The notes beneath the pieces were generated by a model. The model did not search any database. It saw only the letters and a list, made by a program, of their open reading frames with translations, and had not been told where the DNA came from. The position numbers were made by a program, and so were the translations under genes. Positions 26,775 through 36,800 of a DNA stretch of 64,000 nt are shown here, in pieces (position 1 is the first letter of the stretch; each line of letters opens with the position of its first letter). The stretch spans positions 44,795 through 108,794 of IMG/VR virus record IMGVR_UViG_3300031954_000001; one strand, written 5' to 3'. This DNA comes from a virus.

Positions 26775-28204
26775 CAGCCGAACCCCGGGTACATCGCGGT
26801 GATCAGCGTGGCCATGTCGAACCGGGCGCCCTGCAGCGGGGTCACCGTGGCCGTGTAGGTGTCGTCATCGAACTCGTACTGCCCGGTCATGAACGTGATC
26901 GGGGCCATCGCCACCTCGCCGCCGTACGGCGCGTCGGTGACCATCAGCTGCATGAGCGTGCCGGCCTTCTCGCAGCCCAGGTCAACCGGCGTGCCCCCGG
27001 CGTTGAGCAGCTGCCCGGGGCCGACCGTGAACGGGCCCGCGAACGAGGCGCGCACGTACTTGGCCAGGATGTTCTGCCCGATCTGGGTCACCTGGGCCTG
27101 GGTCAGCACGCCGGCCGAGCTAGTGTCCAGGTAGTATTCCATGACCCCGTGGGCCGCGACCGACGCCGCCTGCTGCACCGTGACCGTGCCGTAGGTAGCC
27201 GGCTGGGCCTGGGCGGTGGACGTGGACTGCACGTCGGGGCTGGACTGGTAGCGGATGATCAGCGTGTTGATGTCGGCGGCGATGGTCCGCGGCACGGGCG
27301 TGTGGCTAATCAGGATCCGCCCGGGCGGGTACTGCGGCTGGCCGTAGACGTTCTGCGGCAGGCCGAACACCGCCAGCTGCCACGGCCCGGCCGGGACCCC
27401 GGTCACCCCGGGCGGGATCACCATCCAGGTCAGCGCGCCCCCGGTGCAGGCCAGGTGCAGGAACGCGGTGATCGTCTGCGCGCCGGAATCGACGGCCTGG
27501 GAGTAGTAGATGCCGGCCGGGGAGCCCACCCCCGGGTTGGCCCAGCGCAGCCCGCGCCCGATCGCGGCGTTGATCGCGTTGTCCAGGGTGTACGCGGTCC
27601 AGACGGCGGTGAAGTCGGCGCCGTACTGCCCGGCCCCGTGCGCGGTGATCGTCCAGCCGTCCGTGCCGGGCTGCGGCTCGTCCAGCTTGCCCTCCCAGAC
27701 GCAGTTGGCGCCGCGGAACACCTGCACGACGCGGCCGGGGTTGACCGCGTCGGTCCGGAAGTCGGGCGGCAGCCGCAGCAGGCAGCTCATCGTATCCGGG
27801 CCGCCCGGGCAGGTGAAACCGTACTTCAGCGCGCTGACGTGGCCGATCGCGCCGAGCCATTTCGCCGCGTACGGGACCGGGATACTCGTGGCGACGTCCC
27901 CGCTGGCCGGCTGGACCTGCGGCAGCGGCAGGAAGACCACGTTGACGTAGCCCGCGTACGGGGCGGGGACCTGCTGGACGGTGAACAGCGTCGGCTCCTT
28001 CAGCGTGCCCCCGGACCACAGCTGGAAGGTATCGCCCTGCTGCACCGAGGCGGCCTGGGCCGTGGTGAGGACGACGTACGCGGTGTCCGCGTCGGCGTCG
28101 GCATCCGGGTCGGCGAAGCCGCCGCCGGCCGCGCTGAACGACCAGGCGGGCCGCTGCGGTGCGAACGTTACCACCTGGCTGGCAGACGTGCGTTCGAGTG
28201 CCAT
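26774..28204 (-). CDS. minor tail protein (tail tip/hub-like)
   Basis: Position after the tape measure; VQVFRG..CVWEGKL motif. Confidence 0.7.
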   Translation of the reverse strand: MALERTSASQVVTFAPQRPAWSFSAAGGGFADPDADADADTAYVVLTTAQAASVQQGDTFQLWSGGTLKEPTLFTVQQVPAPYAGYVNVVFLPLPQVQPASGDVATSIPVPYAAKWLGAIGHVSALKYGFTCPGGPDTMSCLLRLPPDFRTDAVNPGRVVQVFRGANCVWEGKLDEPQPGTDGWTITAHGAGQYGADFTAVWTAYTLDNAINAAIGRGLRWANPGVGSPAGIYYSQAVDSGAQTITAFLHLACTGGALTWMVIPPGVTGVPAGPWQLAVFGLPQNVYGQPQYPPGRILISHTPVPRTIAADINTLIIRYQSSPDVQSTSTAQAQPATYGTVTVQQAASVAAHGVMEYYLDTSSAGVLTQAQVTQIGQNILAKYVRASFAGPFTVGPGQLLNAGGTPVDLGCEKAGTLMQLMVTDAPYGGEVAMAPITFMTGQYEFDDDTYTATVTPLQGARFDMATLITAMYPGFG

Positions 28205-28219
28205 AAGCTACTTCCCACC

Positions 28220-28519
28220 TCAGCGTCCGCCCCAATAAGCGGCGCCGTTCTGCTCGTAATTGAGCAACGGGGCTGCGGTGACACCCGTGTAGTGCTGGTC
28301 CAGGTCGTGGTGCTGGTCCAGCGTGGCGATCAGCGCGTCGGCGTCGGCCGTGGTCATGCCGAGGCCGTCCGGGGCGGCGGCGGTCAGGAACGTCACGCCG
28401 CCCATCGCGGTGATGTAGTCGCGCTTGTTCTCCAGGGCGCCGAAGCTGTCCCGGACCCCGGTGAGGAACGTGGCGATGTCGCCGAGGAACTGGCCCTGGT
28501 TGGGCACGTTGGTGGCCAT
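28220..28519 (-). CDS. small tail-region protein
   Basis: AGGAGG RBS; position in the tail cluster. Confidence 0.7.
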   Translation of the reverse strand: MATNVPNQGQFLGDIATFLTGVRDSFGALENKRDYITAMGGVTFLTAAAPDGLGMTTADADALIATLDQHHDLDQHYTGVTAAPLLNYEQNGAAYWGGR

Positions 28520-28526
28520 GAGCCTC

Positions 28527-30413
28527 CTAGCTCTGGATGAGTCCGGTACTGTCCAGCGGGAACCGGCCGAAGATGCCGATGACGGTCTGCGCGAGCGAGG
28601 TCGGCAGGAAGTTGAGTGTCAGCGTCCCGTTCGGGTTGATCGTGAGCACGGGGGTGGCCGCGCCGTCCGCCACGGCCGTGAGCACGAGCTGGACGGCGTG
28701 GTTCGGCCGGTAGCCGGCGGGCAGCGTGTAGAAGATCGTGCCGTTGTAGTTGCCGGTCGTCCCGGGGGACTGCACCTTTCCGGCGAACTCGACGCAGCCG
28801 TCCGCGGTGAGCCGGTACTGCGGCGGCAGCTGGCCGCTGATCGTGCCGACGAACGAACCGGACAGCGGGCGCATGTCGTGCCAGGTCTCCACGACAGACG
28901 GGCTTGACCCGGGCTGGATCGCCTGGACGTTGCCGGTGTAGCCGGAGCCGAACGCGTTGCCGGCCGCGTCGGTGCCGGCCGCGGGCTGCAGCGCGGCGGT
29001 GAGCACGCCGGCGACGGTGTAGGTGATGATGACCCGGCCGTCGCAGCCCGCGCCCGCCTGGACCGGCGCGGTCCCGGTGTGCCAGTTGACGGTGATCAGC
29101 GGGTTCTGGGCGTTGTCGCCGCCGGCGCCGTACATGTAGCCGTAGTTGTTCAGGTTGTACGCGCTGCCCGGGCCGAGGCTGATCGACTGGGCCGCCCCGG
29201 AGGCCAGGGCGGTGCCCAGCCCGGCGCCGGTCAGGTCGGTGGTGACCGGGTTGCCGCCCTGCCACCAGGTCTTGACCGCGGTGATGCCGCCGCCGTTCCA
29301 GCTCAGCGGGGTGGACGTGCGGCCGGTGTAGCCGAGGATGACGTAGGCGCCGCTGCCGTACCAGGTGTGCAGCCACTCCAGCCGGATGGTGACCTGGTCG
29401 ATCGTCTTGCCGGACAGGTCGGACTGGGCGTTGCCGCCGATGATGCCGAGAGATTTCATGGTGCCGTTGTAGGAGCCGCCGGAGGCCGTCTCGCCGCCCT
29501 GGTACATGCTCCCGCCGACCCCGGACCGCCAGGCGTTGGCGTTACCGCCCGTGGCGTCGGAACCGTAGTAGGTGGCCGAGTTGTTCAGCCGGTACTGGTT
29601 CTGCCCGGTGGCCGCCGAGGTGGACGCGCCGGCGCCCCCGCCCCCGCCGCCCGACTGCACGGACGCGGAGCCGCTGGCCGCGCTGTTGCCGCCCGCGCCG
29701 CCGGCGCCGCCGGGAGGGTTGCCCGCGCCGCCGGCCGCGCCCGTCGCCGATCCCGAGGTGGACCCGCCGGTCCCGCCCGCGGTCGCGCCGCCCGCGCCGC
29801 CGCCGCCGCAGCCCCCGGTGCCCTGGTTGTTCGCGCCGCCGCCCGGTGCGCCCGGCCGCGCGACGCTGTTGGGGCTGTGCTGGTTGCCCGAGGGGCTGTT
29901 GTTGGCGTTGCCGAACCCGGTGCCGCCGCCCGGCCCCCCGGTGAACCCCGTCCCGGCCAGGCCGCCGTTGGCGAACACCCCGGCGGGCAGGCCCAGGCCA
30001 GCCGTGTCGAAAATGGTGTCAGACCCGTTCTGGCCGCCGTAGCCCGTGGTCCCGCCGTTGCCGCCGTTGCCGACCACGTACGTGTAGACCTGGCCGGGCA
30101 CCACCGGGTAGGCGGGCTCGGCCGCGTACTCACCGCCCCCGCCGCCCTCGCCGCCCTTCGCGGAGCTGCCGCCCCCGCCGCCCGCCCCCGCCCCGACGCA
30201 CTCGACCTTGGCCGTGGTCACGCCGGCCGGGCAGGTCCACGTGTACGTGCCGTTCGCGGCCTGGGAGACCTGCCCGGGGTTCTGGCCGTAGACCAGGGAC
30301 GGCGGGACGGCGGGGTGGGTGGCGATGTGCTGGATCAGCCGGGCCTCAACGTCCTTGCCCTTGGCCGCCGTGGAGTTGGGCAGCAGGTTGGGGTTCTGGC
30401 CCGGGGTGGTCAT
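28527..30413 (-). CDS. Gly-rich minor tail / fibre protein
   Basis: TWTCPAGVTTAKVECVGAGAGGGG glycine-rich domain and a C-terminal receptor-binding-like domain (IFYTLPAGYRP). Confidence 0.8.
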   Translation of the reverse strand: MTTPGQNPNLLPNSTAAKGKDVEARLIQHIATHPAVPPSLVYGQNPGQVSQAANGTYTWTCPAGVTTAKVECVGAGAGGGGGSSAKGGEGGGGGEYAAEPAYPVVPGQVYTYVVGNGGNGGTTGYGGQNGSDTIFDTAGLGLPAGVFANGGLAGTGFTGGPGGGTGFGNANNSPSGNQHSPNSVARPGAPGGGANNQGTGGCGGGGAGGATAGGTGGSTSGSATGAAGGAGNPPGGAGGAGGNSAASGSASVQSGGGGGGAGASTSAATGQNQYRLNNSATYYGSDATGGNANAWRSGVGGSMYQGGETASGGSYNGTMKSLGIIGGNAQSDLSGKTIDQVTIRLEWLHTWYGSGAYVILGYTGRTSTPLSWNGGGITAVKTWWQGGNPVTTDLTGAGLGTALASGAAQSISLGPGSAYNLNNYGYMYGAGGDNAQNPLITVNWHTGTAPVQAGAGCDGRVIITYTVAGVLTAALQPAAGTDAAGNAFGSGYTGNVQAIQPGSSPSVVETWHDMRPLSGSFVGTISGQLPPQYRLTADGCVEFAGKVQSPGTTGNYNGTIFYTLPAGYRPNHAVQLVLTAVADGAATPVLTINPNGTLTLNFLPTSLAQTVIGIFGRFPLDSTGLIQS

Positions 30414-30455
30414 GGCCGCCCGCCCGGGCTCGCGTAAACTGATGTGGTACTCATG

Positions 30456-33400
30456 TTACACAAGGCGATCGGAATACCAGCGCGGCAAATATGAGACTGC
30501 CAAGTTTGGTGCGCCTGACGGTGAATAACACAAGAATGTATTATCACCGGGGTTCAGGTATAGTGGCCCGCCCGAGACGATGCAGGAGTCCAGGCAGCTG
30601 ATCGCCTGGGAACGGTCCAGGTTGGATCCCATGATCCGGCCCAGGTCCCGGTCGGATGTCGGCTCGTCCACGAGGAAGTTGACGTACGCGTTGCCGGGCG
30701 GGATGTTGACGATGACGGTCTGCCCCTGGGTGTCGAGGAACAGGACATCCAGGAACTGGTCGGCCTGGTCGGTGTCGGTGACCGAGACGGCGTAGTACGC
30801 GCTGGTGTTGGAGGGGTCCATGTCCTTGACCGGGAGGGTGACCTCGCCCATCACGATCAGCCCGTTGGTGATGTCGGTGGAGGGCGTGATCGACCGGGTC
30901 AGCTGCGTGGTCCAGACCGGGCCGTTGGCGTACTCGTACTGGTAGACCGACAGGGTGACCTGCCGGACGGCGGAAGGGTTGTCCCAGGTGAAGTTCATCA
31001 GGACGACGCTGTAGGTGCCGCGGTACAGCGAGTTGACCCCGGAGATCACCTGCGGCACGGTGTACTGCCGGCCGTCCGGGTTGTCCGCCGGGTAGACCGG
31101 CACGCACGGGTTCAGGTTCTCCGGGGCGTCCGGGCCGGGCCGGTGGGCGATCAGCGTGCCGAACGGGGCCAGTGGCGGGGTCCAGGTCAGCACGATGCTG
31201 CCGGCCCCGCCTGTCCCGCCGGGCTGCGCGGCCGTGTTCATGTACGCGCCCCCGCCCCCGCCGCCGGGCGGGGAATTGCTCTGGCCCGGCGTATCGGCCG
31301 CCGTGGCGCCGTTAGCGCCCTTGCCGCCGCCGGCCACGGCCGCTGCTCCCGCGCCGCCGGACGCGCCGGCCGCGCCGTTGTTCCCGATGGCGGCCGACCC
31401 GCCCGATCCGGCCCCGCCGCCGCCGGCCGGCGACCCGCCCAGGCCGCCGTTGCCCCCGGTGAAGTGCGCCGAGTTGGTGCTGCCGCCCGCCCCGGTCCCG
31501 TTCGTGGCGGAGTTCAGCGGAGCCGACCCGCCGCCGTGCGCGGTGACCACGGTCCCGGTGGTCCCGGCTGACCCGAACGTGGTGCTCCCGCCGTTCACCG
31601 GGTTCCCGGACGCGACGATGTAGGTGACCCGGACCTGCCCGGTGGCCCCGTTGCCGCCGCCGCCGTTGTAGCTGGTGCTGAAACCTCCGCCGCCGCCTCC
31701 GCCCGGGGCGCTGGCGTACCCGGGCCAGCCATTGGCCGGAGAGCCCGCGCCGCCCGCGCCGCCGCCGGCTACCGCGCTGGCCCCGGTGCCGCCCGTGTTC
31801 CCCGAGGCCGCGCCGCCCGTGTTGCCGGCTGCCGCGGTGCCGCCGGAGCCGCCGCCCCCGCCGCCGCCGGCGTTCGGCGCGGTGCCGCCCGTGCCGCCGT
31901 TGCTGTGGGTGGTGTTCGCGGACCCGGACCCGCCGGCGCCGCCCGTGGTCCCGCCCAGCAGGCCGGTGAGGCCGCCGTGCGCGACGACGGCCACCGTGGT
32001 GGTCAGCGGCGAGCCGAACGTCGTGGTGTTGCCGTTGCGCTGCTGGATCGTGCCGTAGCCGGGCAGGTTCCCGGCCCCGGAACCGGGGCTGCCGATGGTG
32101 AACGGGATCCGGTTACCGGGCACGACGGTCAGCGAGGCCTCGGTGGCGTACTCGCCGCCGCCCCCGCCGCCCCCGCCCGGCGCGCCGCCGGCCCCGGAGC
32201 CCCAGCATTCGGCCTTGACCGTGGTGACGCCCGCGGGCACCAGCCAGGACCCGGCGCCGGGCGAGGTGAACACCACGACGTGCTGGGTGTCGCCGGGCGA
32301 GCCGCCCGCGCCGCAGGAGAACGGGACCGGGGTGCCGGCCGCGACGGCCAGCGAGGGTTCCCGCGCGTACTCCCCGCCGCCGCCGCCGCCGCCCTGGCCC
32401 GCGGTGGTGCGGCTGGATCCGGCGCCGCCGCCGCCGATCGCCTCGGCCTGCACGGTGGTCACTCCGAGCGGCGGCCACCAGGCCCCGGCGCCGGTCAGCT
32501 CGGTCTGCACCGGCCCGGCCTGCGGCAGCTGAAACTGGCAGGAGAACGGGGTCCGGGCGGTGCCGGCCGCGCCCATGATCGTGTAGATGGTGCCGCGCTG
32601 GGAGGCCGGGACGGACAGCGACGGCGGGTTGGCGACGATGTTGTCCAGCCAGGCGTGCAGCCGGATCAGCACCGTGGTGCCCTTGTAGGTGAAGTTGGAG
32701 ATCCGGACCGAGTAGGACGAGATCGCGTTGTAGTTGAAGCCGGGCACGCCCTGCGGGATGTTGGCGGTATGCCGGACCCAGGACGGGTTGGCCGCGTTGT
32801 TCGCCCAGCGCTGCCGGTTGTACGTGCGGGAGAAGTCGATGGTGTGGCCGCCGTTGTCGGTCAGCACCCAGGCCAGGGTCAGGTTGACGGTCATCGCCGG
32901 CCAGGGACCGAAATGGGCCGTGTCGTAGGTCAGCCCGGCCCAGACCGACAGCACCGGCAGGCCGCTGATGTTCAGCGAGCCCAGGCCGCCCCTGGAGTAG
33001 GTGCAGGCCGAGCCCCAGGCCGCGGCCGGCGGGGTCCAGTGCGCGGAGGTGGGGCCGGTGACGTACTTCTGGGTGCTCGCGGTCCAGTTGGCGCCCGATA
33101 CCGTGCCGAAGTTGTCAAGCACGACCGGGGCCGGCGGGGCCGCGATGCCGCCCAGCAGCGGGGAGGCGAACGCGACCTGCTGCAGCCCGTTCGGGTCGGA
33201 CCGGCCGTACGGCAGCGCCTGGAAGTGCAGCGTGATCACCGTGACCGGCTGCTGGTTCATCAGGAAGCCGTAGGTGATGACCGTGGGCAGCGCCCGGAAG
33301 CAGTCGAACACGAGCGGCAGCCCGGTGGTGACCGGGGTCCAGGCCAGCTCCCAGGCCTGCTTGTCCACGGTGGCCATCAGGAACTCGCGGGCCGCGTTCA

Positions 33401-33719
33401 TGGTCGGGATGTCCGGCGCGGTGATCTTGACGGGCAGGTGGATCTCGCGGTTGGACGCGCGGTACCCGAACGGGCGTTCGCCGTCCAGCAGCAGGGACTG
33501 GACGATGTCGGTGGTCGGCTGCGGCGCGCCCAGGTCGTAGCTCATCCCGTAGGACAGCCCGGACCCGCCGCCCTGCGGCGGAGCAAGCAACTGGAAGACG
33601 GCGGCCTGCCCGGCGGCGTTAACCAGCTCGGGGATCATCGACGGGGTGCCGCCGGGCTGGCCCAATAGTTCGATCGCAGTGCCGATCGTCATCGAGTCGT
33701 ACAAGCCGGGAGTCGTCAC
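30456..33719 (-). CDS. distal-tail-like minor tail protein with nested Gly-rich domains
   Basis: First gene after the tape measure; GAAAGGA RBS; two W..P.GVTTV.AE..GGGG units. Confidence 0.8.
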   Translation of the reverse strand: MTTPGLYDSMTIGTAIELLGQPGGTPSMIPELVNAAGQAAVFQLLAPPQGGGSGLSYGMSYDLGAPQPTTDIVQSLLLDGERPFGYRASNREIHLPVKITAPDIPTMNAAREFLMATVDKQAWELAWTPVTTGLPLVFDCFRALPTVITYGFLMNQQPVTVITLHFQALPYGRSDPNGLQQVAFASPLLGGIAAPPAPVVLDNFGTVSGANWTASTQKYVTGPTSAHWTPPAAAWGSACTYSRGGLGSLNISGLPVLSVWAGLTYDTAHFGPWPAMTVNLTLAWVLTDNGGHTIDFSRTYNRQRWANNAANPSWVRHTANIPQGVPGFNYNAISSYSVRISNFTYKGTTVLIRLHAWLDNIVANPPSLSVPASQRGTIYTIMGAAGTARTPFSCQFQLPQAGPVQTELTGAGAWWPPLGVTTVQAEAIGGGGAGSSRTTAGQGGGGGGGEYAREPSLAVAAGTPVPFSCGAGGSPGDTQHVVVFTSPGAGSWLVPAGVTTVKAECWGSGAGGAPGGGGGGGGEYATEASLTVVPGNRIPFTIGSPGSGAGNLPGYGTIQQRNGNTTTFGSPLTTTVAVVAHGGLTGLLGGTTGGAGGSGSANTTHSNGGTGGTAPNAGGGGGGGSGGTAAAGNTGGAASGNTGGTGASAVAGGGAGGAGSPANGWPGYASAPGGGGGGGFSTSYNGGGGNGATGQVRVTYIVASGNPVNGGSTTFGSAGTTGTVVTAHGGGSAPLNSATNGTGAGGSTNSAHFTGGNGGLGGSPAGGGGAGSGGSAAIGNNGAAGASGGAGAAAVAGGGKGANGATAADTPGQSNSPPGGGGGGAYMNTAAQPGGTGGAGSIVLTWTPPLAPFGTLIAHRPGPDAPENLNPCVPVYPADNPDGRQYTVPQVISGVNSLYRGTYSVVLMNFTWDNPSAVRQVTLSVYQYEYANGPVWTTQLTRSITPSTDITNGLIVMGEVTLPVKDMDPSNTSAYYAVSVTDTDQADQFLDVLFLDTQGQTVIVNIPPGNAYVNFLVDEPTSDRDLGRIMGSNLDRSQAISCLDSCIVSGGPLYLNPGDNTFLCYSPSGAPNLAVSYLPRWYSDRLV

Positions 33720-33831
33720 GGGCCGCGGGTTCCTTTCCTGCTAGGACACCCGGCTCCGTGAACCGTCCGACTGGTCAGACGATGGCCGCGGGCTTTACGC
33801 TGCTGGTTAATCGCCGGTTAATCGCGCATAA

Positions 33832-36800
33832 TCACCTCACCGAGCCATAATAGCCCCTGTTAGCAGCGCGCCCGGCGACGTTATTGAGAGCGGCAGAATA
33901 AGCCGCCGGGGCCGCGCCCATTATCGCGATCAATTTATCCATTCTGTTAATAAGCTGCATTTCCCCGGGGGTCATCCCGCCCGGGCCGATGACGCCGCCC
34001 GGCGGGACGGGGGAGATAACTTCATTGCGTCCTGTCCCGTTCCAGGCTGCCGTAAGTCCGGGCGGGAGCACGCCGCCGCGGTCGAAACCGACAATGCCTC
34101 CCCTGGCCATCCAGCCGTAGATGCCGGCCAGCGTGATCCAGGCCGGGGTCCCCCGCTTGGGCAGCGCGGGGGCGGCCAGGTCAGTGCCGAACGGGGTGAC
34201 CGGGTCACCGATCCGGCTGCCGACCAGCTGGTACAGGTTGCCCAGCTCGGCGTACAGGCCCTGCATCAGCGCGGGGTGGCCGCCGGGCACGTGCGACAGG
34301 TCGGCGTCCCGGGTGGTGGCGGCCTCGGATTTCAGCGTGGCGGTGAAGTGGTCCAGGACCGTCTTGACCGGGGGGTAGGGCTTGCGCGTCATCAGCGCCG
34401 TGTAGGCGGCCAGCTCGTTGTTCTGTCCCTTGGCCAGGGTCGCCAGCTCGCTGCGGATGACGGCCCGGTGGGCGTAGTCCCAGGCGCCCGGCTTGGCCTT
34501 GGCCAGGCTGGCCCTGAACCCGTCCGCGACGTGCTTGTAGTACAGCGCCTCGGTCTTCTGCTCGGCGGCGACCTGCGCATAGAAGTTGCCGAGCGCGATG
34601 GTCCCGGAGGGGGTCTTCCAGGCCGGGAACGGGCCGCCGCCCGCGCTGCCCGGCAGGGACGGCTCCTGCGCGGCGGCGGTCGCCATCGCCTCCAGCTTGG
34701 CCCGGAGCAGCCCCAGCGCGGTGCCGGGCACCTTGCCCAGTCCAACGTCCTGGGTGGTCTTGATCTCCTCTTTCATCATCGAGATGAAATGGCTGATCTC
34801 CGCGGCGGTAACGTGCGCGCCCACCACGGGCTTGTACGCGGCGGCCTCGCTGCCCTGCCGGCCGGCCAGGGTGCCCAGCTCGTTGATGATCGAGGTGTGG
34901 TAGCGGGCCACGGCGCTGCCAGCGGCGGCGTGCGCGAGGGCGGACAGCGCCGCGGCGCGGAACGCGTTGTAGTCCAGGATCTCCCGGTACTGGTCGCCGC
35001 CCAGCTTCTGCTGGTACCCGGCCAGCCCGCCGGCGGCGTACCCCATGACCTCGTGCGGGGTGTGCGGGAGGATCGTCTCGTCGTGCCCGGTCCCGTTCAT
35101 GACCAGGGTCAGGCCCGGCTTGAGCACGCCGCCCTGGTCGTACCAGTGGCTGGCCAGCTCATGGGCTTCCGCGCCGGCCGGCGAGCCGTAGACGCTCTTG
35201 ATGTAGTTCAGGCCCCAGTCGATCTGGGCCGACGCGGAGCTGGTCGGCGGGTTGGCGAGCGGCCCCATCTTGGACGCGGGAAGGGCCTGCGGGATGCCAT
35301 ACGCGCCGGAAGACGGGTTGCGCGCCAGCCGGTTCCAGCCGGACTCCTGGGTCCAGAGTGCCTGAAGGGGACCGAACTGATTCGCCTGCCACCCGAACGC
35401 GCCGAGGCGGGATCTGGCATATGCCTGCGCGGCAGCGGCATCTGCCGAGGTCGGCCCCATCCCGGCCGGGACGCCGGATGTCGCGGCAGCCTGCTGCTGG
35501 GCGCTCTGGTCCTTCTGCTTCATGTAGCCGCTGATGCCCTTGTCCAGCAGGCCGGCGAGAGACTGGATGAAGGCCCCGGGCATCGTGCCCTTCGGCAGCC
35601 GGGCGACAGCCGGCGCGATATCTTCCTTCCAGATGGCATCGAAGATCGCCTGCGCGCCCTTGCTGGCCAGGGCCAGCAGGGCCTTGGAGCCGCCCTGGAC
35701 GTACTGGGCCAGTTTCGCGGTCGTGCCGGACAGCGCGGTGCCCGATGACGTGGTCAGTCCTTCCAGGTCCTGCCACATCTGGGTCACGCCGCCCCATCCG
35801 GACGGCCCGGCAGCCGGCAGTATCCCCTTGCCCTGCACCCCGCCCAGCCGGATGCCGACGACGAACCCGCCGGTCCCGATGGGCGAGGTGGTGACGCCGT
35901 ACTGGGTACCGAGCGCGGAGATCAGCGTGCTCGGGCTGGCTGCCATGCCGACGTGCCCGATGCCCCCGTAGCTGGACGGCCCCGGCGCCGCCCCGGAGGA
36001 GAAGACGATGTCGCCGGTCTGGATCTGGCTGAGCTGCTTATAGGCGTAGTCACCTGACCAGGCGCCGAACCAGTCGGCCTCGGATGCGGCGATAGCGGCG
36101 GACTGGGGGATCGGCACGCCGGATGAGGAGGCAGCCGTCCACAGCAGGGACGAGCAGTCCCAGGGCGGCTTGCCCCACCGGTTCGCCTCGGAGTAAGCCT
36201 GCCCCTGCTTGCTCATCATGAAGTTGAGCATGGACTGCTCAACCGCGCCGCCCGCGGCAAAGTGGGGCATCCTCCGGTTGAGGTCGATGGGGGCATCGCC
36301 TCTGCCGGGGTGGTGCACCCACCTGCCGCCGGAAACGTCGCGGGGGTCCACGTACGGGGCTCTGCCGGGAATCACGGGGCTCTGGTTAACTGCACCGCCG
36401 GCCGCGTAGCCGACGTACCCGCCGCCGGCGAACCCGGGCAGCTTGCCCCGCAGGTGATCGACCGCGCCGGCGCTGACCATGGATGTGGGCACGACCACCT
36501 CGCCCTTGCTGAGCAGCGCGTGCACGTCGTCGGCGGCCGGGCCGGATCCCAGGTGCACCATGCCGCCGCCGGCGAACTGCGGGATCGGCTGGATGGACAG
36601 GCTGCCCGGCAGGTTCTTCAGGATGTTGGCGTTGATCCAGCCGACAACGCTGTTGTTGAACGTGCCGGCCGCGGAGTTCCAGCCGTTCTTGAAGGCGGTG
36701 ACGATGTCACCGGACCAGGCGCTGATCGCCGAGCTGACCGGCTTGTCCACGTGCCCGGAGAAGTACTGCGCGACGTCATCGAAAGTCGAGTGGGCCTTGC